Assembly: GCF_963921235.1 (NCBI RefSeq)
Contig: NC_086107.1
Coordinates: forward strand, 106,766,001-106,830,000
Source of the DNA: Mobula hypostoma
Taxonomy: Eukaryota
DNA: 64,000 nucleotides
Direction of reading: 5' to 3'
The position numbers were made by a program, and so were the translations under genes. Positions within the stretch are counted from its first letter, which is position 1. Each line of letters begins with the position of its first letter. The notes beneath the pieces were generated by a model. The model made no database searches and had not been told where the DNA came from. It worked only from the letters and a program-made list of their open reading frames with translations. Shown here piece by piece: positions 13,185 through 26,019 of this stretch.

Positions 13185-13870
13185 GTCGGGAAGTGATAAA
13201 AGAAATGAACAGGTTGACTATTTTCTAAATGGAGGGAGAATTCAAAAATCTGAGGCGCAAAGGGACTTGGGAGTCCTTGTGCGGGATCCCCACAGTTTAA
13301 TTTGCAGATTGAGTCTGTAGTGAGGAAGGCAAGTGTGATGTTAGCATTCATTTCGAGAGGACTAGCATATCAAGAGGTTTTATAAAGCACTGGTGAGGCC
13401 TTACTTGGAGCATGGAGAGCATTTTTGAGCCCCTTATCATAGAAGGGATGTGCTGACACTGGAGAGGGTTCAAAGGAGGTTCTTAAAAATTATTCCAGGA
13501 TTGAACAGCTTGTCATATGAAGAGTGTCCGATGGCTCTGAGCCTGTATCGACTAGAATTCAGAAGAATGAAGCGTGACCAAATTGAAACCTATCGAATGA
13601 TGAAAGGCCTCGACAGGGTGTATGTGGAGAAGATATTTCCAATGGTGGGAGTCTAGGACCAGAGAACTTAGCCTCAGAATACAGGGGCATCCTTTTAGAA
13701 CGGAGATGAGGAATTTCTTCAGCGAGAGAGTGGTGGATCTGTGGAATTCGTTGCCACAAGCAGCTGTGGAGGCCAAGTCAATGGGTATATTTAAGGCAGA
13801 GGTTGATACATTCTTAATTGGTCAGGGGATGAAGGAATACGGGGAGAAGGCAGGAGACAGGGGCTAAGAA
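13185..13870 (+). mobile_element. CR1 LINE 3' fragment
   Basis: LERVQRRF...RNFFSERVVDLWNSLP. Confidence 0.85.
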
Positions 13871-15144
13871 GAGAAGATCATCCAAGGTTAAGAACCCTCC
13901 ATCACCCAGGACTTGCCCTCTTCTCATTGCTACCATCAAGGAGGAGGTACAGGAGCCTGAAGACGCACACTCAGCATTTCAGGAACAGCTTCCACCATCA
14001 GATTTCTGAATGGACAATGAACCCACAAACACTACCCCAGTATTTTTCCTTTTTTTTTGCACTTCTTTAATTTAATTTTTTAATATATTTTCCTATTGTA
14101 ATTTATACTTTTATTATTATGTATTGCATTGTATTGCTGCTGCAAAACAACAAATTTCACGACATATGCCAGCGATATTAAACCTGATTCTGATTCAAAG
14201 GACAAGGTAGGAGGTGATGGGTGAAGCCAGCTGGGTGTGAAAGGTAAGGGACTGGAGATGAAGGAATCTGATAGGAGAGGAGAGTGGACCGTGGGAGAAA
14301 GGGAAAGACGAGGAGGAGATGATAGGCAGGTGAGAAGAAAAGAGGGGGTAAGAGATGGCCGGAGTTGCTTTAATTCTAAGGCAGGATACTGGTGGTGATG
14401 GGTCTGCATCAGGGAAGGGAGTGTGGGCTGAGGCGATATACTGGAGAGGAACTCCCCAACCTAGCAATACAAATGTAATTTCGCCTATAACATACCCGAC
14501 ACCACCTAACATTTCACAAGGTGTTCAGCTGACCACACTCAATGAAAACATCGACGATCTTAACATAGTGTCAGCTATCATAAGAACATAAGAAACAAGA
14601 GCAGGAGTAGGCTATCAAGCCTTCCCCGCCATTCAATAAGATCAGGGCTGATCTGACCGTAAACTCAGCTCCATATCGCTGGTTTGATAAGCATTAATCC
14701 CTATTTGTTAATTTCCTTTTGACCCTGGTGGCTAGCTGGGCCATTTCAGATGGCAGACAACACTCAAGCACATTGGAAGGTCTGGACTCACAAATAGACC
14801 CCAATGAGGTTACCAGATTTTTACTTCTGATGGAACCAGACTGATTTTTCCAAATGAGAATTTATTAACTTTATGGTCATTATTAATAGTATTACCTTTT
14901 TATTTCAGGCAGATTTAATTCAAATTTCCCAGCTGCCACAACGATCCGTGCACTCTACGCATTAAACAAGAGCTCTGGGTATGGTTAAAGCTTTACTGTT
15001 CATCATCCAAGTCTACCACTTGGCATTTTTGTCCACAACCAATACGGAATAACAGACTGTAATAAGATAGTGTTTTGGTAAGAGTACACCGATTGACTAT
15101 GGCTTTGGTCATAGACCCAGACTGCACAGACACAGGCCTTTCAT

Positions 15145-15296
15145 CCCACCATGCCCATGCCAACCACACAGTGCCCACCATGCACATGCCAACCACAGAG
15201 TGCCCACCATGCACATGCCAACCATACAGTGCCCACCATGCCCATGCCAACCACAGAGTGCCCACCACACCCATGCCAACCATAGAGTGCCCACCA
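15145..15296. repeat. Minisatellite, 29-bp unit, about 5.2 copies
   Basis: CCCACCATGCMCATGCCAACCAYASAGTG at 15145, 15174, 15203, 15232, 15261. Confidence 0.95.
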
Positions 15297-17455
15297 ATAC
15301 TAATCCTAGGACATTTTGCCTCTGGTGAGGAGGTGGCTGAGGAATGACCTCATTAAGGTACATCAAATCATGACCACAGGACCACAAGGCCTAGGAGCAG
15401 AACTTGGCCACTTGACCTATCAAGTCTGCTCTGCCATTTCATCATGGCTGATTCATTATCCCTCTCCGTCCCATTCTCCTGCCTTCTCCCCATAACCTTC
15501 GACGCCCTGAATAGCCAAGAACCTGTCGACTTCTGCTTTAAGTACACTCAATGACTTGGCCTTCACAGCCATCTGTGGCAATAAATTCCACAGATTCACC
15601 ACCCTCTGGCTAAAGGAATTTCTTCTCACCTCTGTGCTAAATGTACATCCTACCTTTCAGCAATGGATTTGTGGACCCCAGGTTGGGAACCCCTGGTTTA
15701 GAGGGATATTGGCTAAACGTGTGCAAATGGGGCTAGCCCAGGCAAACATCTTGTTCGGCACGGACAAGTGTGGCCACAGAACCTGTTTCTGTGACGTGTA
15801 ACTACTTCCCAGCACTTGACCCTCCATCTTCTGTGCCTCGATGACTCAAGTGCTTATCTGGATGCTGTGAGATATCTGCCTCCACCATCAACCCAGGCAG
15901 TGGGCTCCAGACTCCAATTACAATATCTTCTTCAAACCCCTTTTAACTCTGCCATGGACCATCTCAAGCCCGTTGGGGAATCCTATCCTGTAGAAACCCA
16001 GTGCTACAGAAGCTCCAAAAGACCTCATCCCTGCGAGAGGAAGAATCTTCAAAGTTGGGCTACCCCTGGGGGTAACTTGAAAGTCTGGCCCAAGACAGAG
16101 GACTCTGGCGAGTTCCTGTCAGTGGCCTATGCTCCCTCTAAACCTCTCTCCCATTACCTTACGTATACAGAGATTACGTCATAAAACAGATAATAAGGGA
16201 AAAGTTTCTTACGATCTATGCTATCTATGCCCCCATGGAAAAGACCTGGAATTATTCGTCCATTTCTGGGAGAAGACTTTCGGTTATTCCGCTCAGGAAG
16301 CAATACCATCTCCAGCAATTTTCTGAAGGAAAAGCAGCTTGGTTCTAGGCATTTGAAAGTTGTTGCAAAGTGCTTCCGTTGTACATGTGAAAATGTCTGC
16401 AAGCTTAGCACCTCCACCAACACCATCCACAGGTGGCGTTGTGGACCTTCCCCCTCCTGAGACAGAAGGGCATTACTGACTATGCAAAAACATTCCTAAC
16501 TCTCGGCTAACCAGCAACCCCTGCGGATGCCATTTAGCAAAGCTTTTACTGTGCAACGCAGCAATCAAAATACTGCGCTCTGAAGTGAAAGACAGTGTCC
16601 TGGAGACATTAACTGAGAAAGACCTGATGAATTATTTGGGATTGTTTGTGGTAAACATTAACCTACTAAACAGTGACTGCACTTTGGGAAAAAAATTACT
16701 TATTGGATGCAAAGTGCTCTGGGAGTTGGGACTGTGCTGCAGAAATAGCAATTATTTTCTTGCTTTCTAAAGTGTACTGGTGGGTGCCCATAGTGTGGAT
16801 GCCCTCCCCATTGAGTTCAGGAGCAATTAGGAAGATAATAAATAAATCATTGCTGTACATATCTCATGAAAGAATAAATTAAAAATATTTTATTTTCACC
16901 AAGGGAGACAGAGTCAGTCACAAAATGGGCTCTTCAGCCAAACTGATCTATGCCACCAAGACACTCTTCCATATCAGTCCCATTTATCCCGGTATAACAT
17001 CTCGCCTGAAAGACTCTATCTCTAACACCAGAGTGGGAACTCAACTTTATCACCTTTTTATTTAGAAACATGCAACCAACGCCAATCCATCCCATAAATT
17101 GGTTTAAACGACTTTTAATTAAACAATAAGCAACCTGGAGTATGGAGACTGCTTTAACTCAGAAAATATTGCTGCCCCCGTAGAGGTTCCAAGACTGGTG
17201 CCACTTGGCAAGATTACTGAGCAATGGTACCCATCAACACTGATAAGAAAATGATAGTGATTTGTGCACGAGACAGAAATCACAACAAGAACAGTGAAAC
17301 AACTATGAGAGAGAAAAAAAAAGAACTGGAAATTGACAGTGAATTTCTAAGAAATTATCAGGATTTTCCAGTGAAGACAATTGTAATCCACATTCTCCAT
17401 TTTTTCTTAACCCCACCAAGATAAGGAAGACCATTAAGACCACTCTCTTATGGTA

Positions 17456-17722
17456 CGGCACAGTAGCGTAGCGGTTAGCACGATGCTTTACAGTACCAGC
17501 AACCTGGGTTCAATTCCCGCTGCTGTCCATAAGGAGTTTGTATGTTCTGCTTGCTTCCTACCGGGTGCTCCGGTTTCCTCCCACAGTCCAAAGATGTACC
17601 GGTTGGTAGGGTAATTGGTCGTTGTAAACTGTCCCATGATTAGGCTAGGATTAAATGGGGCGATTGCTGGGCAGTGCAGCTCAAAGGGCTGGAAGCCTAT
17701 TCCATGCTGTATCTCAATAAAA
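17456..17722 (+). mobile_element. tRNA-derived V-domain SINE (HE1-like)
   Basis: A box TAGCGTAGCGG, B box GGTTCAATTCC, V-core CCGGGTGCTCCGGTTTCCTCCCACAGTCCAAAGA, tail GCTGTATCTCAATAAA. Confidence 0.85.
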
Positions 17723-18724
17723 GTAAATTCCACAGGGAGCATTCATTTAAAAAATTCTCAGCCTTTCAAATTCCTCTTTTTTAAATTTTTTCGTATCTGT
17801 ATTCTTCTTTAATCATAGAGCACAGACACAGGTCCTTCGGCCCAACTGTTCCATGCTGACCACATCCTCCTCCTTGTTAGTCCTAGTTGCCTGCATTTGA
17901 CCCAACAACCTCCAACCCTTTCCCCTCGAAGTACCAATCCAGAAGCCATTTACATGTTGCAATTCTTCTCAACCACTTCCTCCGGTAGATCATTCCAGGT
18001 ACTCACTTCACTGTGTAAATGAGCTACCTTTCAGGTCTTTTTTCTGCCCTCTTATCCCTGTATCTGTGCACTCAAGGTTTTCAATTGCCCTTACCTGAAT
18101 CTAAATGACCTCCCCTTCATACTGAGACTGTGACTCTTGGTTGTAGAATCCCTCACCAGAGAAAATATCCTCCCTACATCCAGCTGTTGAGTCTTGTAAG
18201 AAGAGTTTCAATAAGATCTCCTCATTATTATTCTAAAATCCAAAGAGTACAGTCTTAGTAGGGTTATTGAATTAACAGTACAGGACCAGTATCCATGATC
18301 TGTGCACCACCAATTCTGGTGGCCAGATCACCCCAGAATGCTCACCCCTGGTGTTCTGAGACCTGAGCTCTTCAATTCCTTCCCTAAATCTTGTTGCGGT
18401 CTTTATTAAGAAATGCTGATCTCTTTGTTTAAACCTTTGTCACCCATTGTAATACAGTGGATTCTTGTCAATTGGGACACATCCGCTGGAAAGCCTATTA
18501 ATTGGGACCAGTACATTTTGGCCCAGTTAAGCAGCTGTCCCAATTAGCTGATATTTCATGGAAATAGTCAAAAAGGTATAAACAAGATAATCTTCCGCTG
18601 AACTAAATAACAACTTACATATTTAAATGAAATGCAAAACAAATTAGAACACTATCAATATTACTAAAGTACTATAAAACTGTATATTAGTTCCTAATAG
18701 TTATGAATGCAGAAATTGTCTTAC

Positions 18725-20750
18725 TGGGTTCTCAGTTTTCAAAATTTTAAATATATTGAAGTAGGATTTTTGAGCTAATCTACAAAACATTGTGTATCAT
18801 GTCAAATCAAAAGAAATATTCCAAAACCTGTCAACAATTTACAAAAAATTCAAAAACAAAATTGTGAGGCTGAAAAGGTATTCATTCCCTTTGTAATTAC
18901 TACGCTAACCTTCCTCAGGTGCAATACTGTATGTTACCTTATCAACTCATCCAATTTGTTGAGATAGAAAATTGGAGGACCGCCTGAATAAATACGCCCT
19001 CCCTCTGTAAGGTCCAATATGGTAGAATTTCTACAAATCAAACGAAAATTAAGCCAAAAGAGCATTCAAGGCAAGTCAGAGAAAAGATAAGAGAGAGGGA
19101 AAATCTGGGGAAGAGTACAAGACCATCTCAATGGCACTGAACATACATCAGAACTCTGTGCAGTCCATCGTGAAAAAGTGGGAAAAATATGAAACCACAG
19201 CCACACTGCCTAGGTCAGGCCATCCTTCTAAACACCAACAGTCACTCTGAGTAATTGCAGAAGTCAGTGGCTGCAACTGGAGATGATGTTCATGGCTCCA
19301 CAATCTCCAAGACCTTGCACAAAAATGGTATTTATGAAAGAGTGGCAAGGAAGCAGCACTGGCTTTAAAAAAAAACACATCTTTGCCTGTAAAGACTTCA
19401 CAAAGTGTCACTTAGAAGATACTGTGAAGATGTGGAAGAAGGTCTTGTGGTCAGATGAGACTAAAGTGGAACGTTTTGGCCTCAACACTAAGTGGTACCT
19501 GCGCATCAGCCAAATAACACCATCCCTACTGTAAAGTATGGTGGAGGTAGCATCATGCTATGGAGATGCTTTTCAGCTGCAGGGACTGGAAATCTGGTCA
19601 GGATTGATGGGAAGATGAATGCTGCTAAATACAGAGAGATGCTGTATAAAAACCTGCTAGCCTCTGCCACAAGACTTAAAACTGGGGAGGAAGTTCATCT
19701 TTCAGCAGGACAACAACCCAAAGCACACTGCCAAAGCAACCATGGTGTGGATTCAAATGAAGAAAAATGATATCCTTGAGTGGCCCAGTCAGAGTCCTGA
19801 CCTTAATCCCATTAAGCCTGGTTCGGGAATTGCACTGTCTTGGATCGCAAGACCCAGCAGTGGATAGTGAGTTCAGCTGAGAAGATCATTGGGGTCTCTC
19901 TTCCCGCCATTACATACATTTACACTACACGCTGCACCTGTAAAGCCAACAGCATTGTGAAGAACCCCACGTACCCCTCATACAAACTCTTCTCCCTCCT
20001 GCCATCTGGCAAAAAGTACCGAAGTATTCGGGCTCTCACGACCAGACTGGGCAACAGTTTCTTCTCCCAAGCCATCAAACTCCTTAATACCCAGAGTCTA
20101 GACTGACATCTACATCATTTATTATTATATTGTAATTTGTCCTCTACTGTGCCTATCGTCTTGTTTACTATTTATTGTACTGCCCTGCACTGTTTTGTGC
20201 ACTCTATGTAGTCCTGTGTAGGTCTGTAGTCTAGTGTAGCTTTGTGTTGTTTCATGTAGCACCATGGTCCTGGAGGAACGTTGTTTCATTTTTACTGTGG
20301 ATTGTACCAGCAGTTTATGGTTGAAATGACAATAAAAAGCGACTTGACTTGAACATCTCTGGCAAGACCTCGAGACTGCTGTCCACTGCTGCTCGCCAAC
20401 TAACCTGGCACAGCTTGAACCATTTTGCAAGGAAGAATGGACAAATCTTGCTCCATCATGTCGTGCAAAGCTAATGGAGACTTATCCAAAAAGACTACTA
20501 GTGGTAATAGCTGCAAGAGGTGGTTCAACCAAGTACTGAGCAAAGGGGATGAAGACTTTCGAACTTCTGACAGTTCAGGTTTTGAAGTTTTAGTTTTTCA
20601 TGCTTTACAATTTTCCCTGTTGTTTGGCTCTACTGAGAAAAAAAGGAGCATGTGAACCACAAATAAAAATTCTCAGTGAAATTGATCAAAATCCCTGGCT
20701 GTAATACTTATTTATATGAACAAAGGATTAGGGGGTGAATATTTTCCTGA
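18725..20750 (+). mobile_element. Decayed Tc1-family DNA transposon (DD34E transposase pseudogene ~19050-20539), interrupted by a LINE fragment
   Basis: Broken frames give YKTISMAL...[63 protein letters not shown] / EHLW...GGSTKY* (TGA 20537-20539). Outer ends approximate. Confidence 0.9.
19814..20350 (+). mobile_element. Rex1/Babar-type LINE 3' fragment inside the Tc1 transposase
   Basis: Frame SAEKIIGVSLP...LFSLLPSGKKYRSIRALTTRLGNSFFSQAIKLLN, 3'UTR with AATAAA and (GACTT)n tail. Confidence 0.8.
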
Positions 20751-23663
20751 GATTCATTTTTCTGTGGGCATATTCAGCAGATCTAAAGAATGGTAACTAT
20801 GACAGGAAATAGAAGGCAGCGTTGAGTTGAGGAGGTGGGAATGCGACATAGTAGAAATCTGTGGAATTCATTGCCATTGCTTCCTTTTTCCACAGTAGTC
20901 TGACATCTCTGCACTCTAGTTCTGAATTCCTGCTCAATAACATCTCAGCTCCTTCACCATCATTAATTTCCAGTGAAGGTCACTTTGGATACCCCAGGCT
21001 GATTCCTGCTCCCTTCCCAAACTTCTACAAGTCAACCCCTTACCGTCCTTTCATTCTGACCAATCTCCCAATCTCTCATCCCTTTCCCGGAAAGAGAGCA
21101 GAGAAGATTTACCAAGATGCTGCCTAGACTTGGGGCCTGAGTTTAAGGAGAGGTTGTGTGAACTAGAACTTTATTCCCTGGAACTGAAGAGTACGATGGC
21201 AAAGATAAATGAAAGGTTTAACATATCAGGAGAATTTGATGGCTTGAGCCTGTACTTGGAGTTTAGAAGAATGAGGGAGGATCTAATTGAAAACTATTGA
21301 ATATCAAAAAGCCTGGATAGAGTGGATATGGAGAGGACGCTTCCAAAAGTGGGGGAATCTAGGACCAAGGGTCAGCCTTAGAACAGAAGGGCATCTCTTT
21401 GGAACAGAGATGATGAGGAATTTCTTTAGCTAGAGGGAAAGAGGAATTTCTTTAGTCAGAGGGTGGTGAATCTGTGGAATTCATTGCCACAAAGGCTGTG
21501 GAAACCAAGTCATTGTGCTGATAGTTTGATAGGTTGATAGTTTCTTGATTAGTAAGAGCATCAAAGGTTACAGGGAGAAGACAAGAGAATAGGGTTGAGA
21601 GGGATAATAAATCAGCCACGATGGAATGGTGGAGCAGACTCAATTTGCTGTTTTTATCAAGGACGAGAATTTTAAGATTAAAATGTTTCCAGGACCCAGC
21701 CTGTGGGGAGTATTGGCTGCATGGGACCTACCACAAGCTGAGCAATGGGAGTCTGCTTTCTCATAAACACATGGACAAAGCAGAGGACCCAGTTGATTCC
21801 AAGCAGCCTAAAACTCAGGATAAAGAAATTGGACTGAATTGTCTTTTGGAAATGGGAGCTAAATTACATAGAGGAAAAGGTGACAAAGCACTTGGACCTA
21901 GAGTTATAGAAGAATATTTCCACCCACTGAGTCTTGGAACTGAAACGTTATTAGAGATACAATAAATTCTAAAGATGCTGGAAATCTTGAGCAACAAACA
22001 CAACATGCTGGGTCCCCTCAGTGTTTTGTGTGTGTCTCTGTTTCTCTTTCCATAGATGCTGCCTGATCTGTTAAGTTTTTCTAGCACTTTTCACTTTTGT
22101 CTCACATTTCCAGCTTTTGCAGTTGAGGGGACTGACTGATGGGACGGTTAGACAGAGATATTGATCAATGGTGCAATTGAGAAACAGTTGAGTAGATGCG
22201 TGGAGGAAGGGATCAAGGGATGTGTAGAAATGAGGCTGGCAATCTCTTCTTGTATGGTCACGGACAGGGCAAAGAACTTTAATCTATTCAGCCTAGAGCA
22301 GACCAATAGCAGGTTTAAAATAAGATCAATAGGTCATGAAGACGACTCCTGTTTTGGACAATCCAATCAACACTGGCTTCAACCATGAACCACTGCCATG
22401 CTGCTGTTTCTCATAGACAGGAGGGAACTCCTTAATGTGTTATTGGTTTGTTGACAGCTGAAATTCTCCCTTTGCAAGGGACTTTTTAGGTACAGCTTCT
22501 TCTCCCCTGCAATCAGATTTCTGAATGGACAATGAATCCATGAACACTCTCTCACCATTTTTTCTCTCTGTTTGCACTATTTATCATTTTTATACGTATT
22601 CTTCCTATAATTTATAGTATTTTATGTATTATACAATATAATAAATAAAATTTACTGTACTGCTGCTGCAAAACAACAAATCTCACGACATTAGTGATTA
22701 TAAACCTCATTCTGGGTTGAGCTGTTCTCTGATCTTGGCAATTTAATTGCAAACATTTCATCACCGTGCTAGGAGACATCATCACTGCGCTGTTGATTGT
22801 GGTGTGTCCTCTGAATGCTTGGTCACAGAGTCACAGAACAGTACAGCACAGAAACAGGCCCTTTGGCCCATCTAGTCCATGCTGAAACCATTTAAACTGC
22901 CTCCTTCCATTGACCTGCACCGGGTCCATAACCCACCAAGCCCTACTATCCATGTACCTTTCCAAACTTTGAAATCAAGCTCACGTGCACCACTTGTGCT
23001 GGCAGTTCATTTCACACTCTCACGGCCCTCTGAGTGAAGACGTCTCCTCATGTTCCCCTTAAACTTCTCACCTTTCACCCTTAAGCCATGACCTCTAGTT
23101 GTAGTCCCACCCAACCTCAGTGGAAAAAGCCTATCTGTACTCCTCATCAATTTGGTTATGGTCTTTAAAACTTTATCAGCTGAATAGACGTCATTTCGGA
23201 AACTCAGTTGTGATGTGGGGAGGAAATCCCATTGCTGATTGGCAGTGTGGTGAACTTCATACATTGTGGTCTAGAATTTTGCTCGAATCAGCTCATTCAA
23301 ACCCAATTCTGATTGGCGCCTTAATTGGTCAGTAGTTGCACCATTCAATTATATGCTTGACGTTTCGTTTTTCGAGATATCCCCCTCTTCAATGAAAGGA
23401 CAGAAGGACAGGAACTCCACAGTTATGCATTTGTTTTCTTGAGCCTGGGTATAGACTTTCCATTCTTGGCTATCTCAAGGGGGCCTCTGTTTATAGGAGG
23501 AAGGAGGGGAGGTCATTTATGGGAAGGGTTCAGTTGATGTTCCACCTATCTTGGGTGTTGGGTCGAAGGAGCCAACCTGACGATGTTGATCATTTACCAC
23601 TCAATCTTTGCAGAGCATTTCCCTCTGTCAGCAGTCACTCCCAAATAACTATCAGTACTGGCA

Positions 23664-24585
23664 CAAGATAGGTGGAGGGGCCGGTAGTGCTAAGGAAACA
23701 GAGAGTCTGCAGAGAGACTTGGATAGATTGGAAGAATGGGCAGAGAAGTGGCAAATGAAGTACAATGTTGGAAAGTGTATGGTTATGCACTTTGGCAGAA
23801 AAAATAAACGGGCAGACTATTATTTAAATGGGGAAAGAATTCAAAGTTCTGAGATGCAATGGGACTTGGGAGTCCTCGTACAGGATACCCTTAAAGTTAA
23901 CCTCCAGGTTGAGTCAGTAGTGAAGAAGGCGAATGCAATGTTGGCATTCATTTCTAGAGGAATAGAGTATAGGAGCAGGGATGTGATGTTGAGGCTCTAT
24001 AAGGCGCTGGTGAGACCTCACTTGGAGTACTGTGGGCAGTTTTGGTCTCCTTATAAAGAAAGGATGTGCTGACATTGGAGAGGGTACAGAGAAGATTCAC
24101 TAGAATGATTCCGGGAATGAGAGGGTTAACATATGAGGAACGTTTGTCCGCTCTTGGACTGTATTCCTTGGAGTTTAGAAGAATGAGGGGAGACCTCATA
24201 GAGACATTTTGAATGTTAAAAGGCATGGACAGAGTGGATGTGGCAAAGTTGTTTCCCATGATGGGGGAGTCTAGTACGAGAGGGCATGACTTAAGGATTG
24301 AAGGGCGCCCTTTCAGCACAGAAATGCGAAGAAATTTTTTTAGTCAGAGGGTGGTGAATCTATGGAATTTGTTGCCATGGGCAGCAGTGGAGGCCAAGTC
24401 ATTGGGTGTATTTAAGGCAGAGATTGATAGGTATCTGAGTAGCCAGGACATCAAAGGTTATGGTGAGAAGGCAGGAGAGTGGGACGAAATAGGAGAAAAT
24501 GGATCAGCTCATGATAAAATGGCGGAGCAGACTCGATGGGCTGAATGGCCTACTTCTGCTTCTTTGTCTTATGGTCTTATGGTCT
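23664..24585 (+). mobile_element. CR1 LINE 3' fragment, relatively intact
   Basis: LQRDLDRLEEWAEKWQMKYNVGKC...LYKALVRPHLEYC, frameshift, then RNFFSQRVVNLWN; (CTTATGGT)n tail. Confidence 0.92.
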
Positions 24586-25504
24586 AATTTGTGTTGTTGA
24601 GAATTCATTCAGTCACTCAGGTGGTTCTACAGTAAACCCACTCAAAGGTTAGTGAACCGAGTTAAAGTTTAATTAAACCATAAGGCATAGGTGCAGAATT
24701 GGCCATTTGGCCCATCAAATTGCTTTGCCAGTCAAAGGTCCAAAGGTTCACTTATTATCATAAGTATGTATGCGGTACACAACTCTGAGATTCATCTTCT
24801 CCAGGGGGCCACGATACAAAGGAAACCATGGAATCATTCAAAGGAAATACCAAATCCCCCTGCACAAAAGAAAACTAACAAAATCGTGCTGAACGGCAAC
24901 ATGATCATCAACCCCCACCCCCCACATATGAAAAACATCACGCAATGGTGAAAGAAGCATCAAACTCCCCCCCCCCCACCACAGAGAAAAGCAAGTCATG
25001 TGAACTGGAAAAAATCACCCCTGATTTATTATCCCTCTCAATCCCAGTTTCCTGCCTTTTCCCCGTAACCTTCGACACCCTTACTAATCAAGAACCTATC
25101 AAACTCCACTTTAAACATTCTCAATGACTTGGCCTTTGCAGCCATGTGCAGCAATTGATTAAGGACACATGGACATTGTGAGGGGAAGAGTTGGCTTAAT
25201 TCCAGAACCCCTTCTGAATTTCATAGGATGATTTAGCAGCACAGGAGGCCATTCAGCCACATTCCTCATGCTGTTTCACTCATTCCCACTACCTCACTGT
25301 CTTCCCATACTTCATCTTCACAATTCCAATTCTCTTTTGAAAGTTTCTACTGAATCAGCGTCCACTTATTACTCAAGCAGGTCGTCCTGGTCATAACTTG
25401 CTCTGTAAAAAAATTGATTCCAAATGTCATCACTGGCTGCCAATCATTACAGCTCTGTTCCCGCTGGGTCAACAACCCTCTTGGCAGCTAAGCTATTGTT
25501 GGCA

Positions 25505-25995
25505 GAATTTCAGATGGTGACAAGGAGACATACAGCTGGTTGAGTGGTGTCACAACAACAACCTTGCATTCAATGTCAGCTGTGGACTTCAGGAACGGGA
25601 ATTCGAGGGAATGAATATCAGTCCTTATTGAGGGATCAGAAACGGAAAGGGTGAGTAGTTTCAAGTCCTGGGTTTCAACGTCTCTGAGGATCTATCCCAG
25701 GTCCAACATATTGATGCAGTTACAAACAAGGCAAGACAGTGGCAATATTATATTAAGAGTTTGAAGAGATTTGGTGTGTCAGCAAAGACACTCGCAAATT
25801 TCTACAGATGTACCACGAACAGCATTCTAACTGGCTGCATTACTGTCTGATATGGAGTGACCATCTGCACAGAATCGGAAAAAGCCGCAGAAAGTTGTAA
25901 ACTCAGCCAGCTCCAGCCCGGGCACCAGCCTCCCCAGCATCCAGGACACCTTCAAAAGGCAATGCCTCAAGAAGGAAGCATCCATCTTCAAGATC
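25505..25995 (+). mobile_element. Rex1/Babar-type LINE fragment; appears to continue at 28410-28705 beyond the CR1 insert
   Basis: Homologous to 12390-12870; the adjoining sequence GGACCCCCATCACCCAGGAC resumes at ~28414. Confidence 0.7.
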
Positions 25996-26019
25996 ACAGG
26001 ACTATAAGGTATAGGATCA

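Noticed and set aside
17456..17525. tRNA gene (also 43898, 10830, 56280)
   Set aside because: A/B boxes run directly into SINE core and tail, and no complete cloverleaf is evident.
23608..24587. Functional reverse transcriptase gene
   Set aside because: 5'-truncated, frameshifted CR1 3' fragment lacking most of the RT core.
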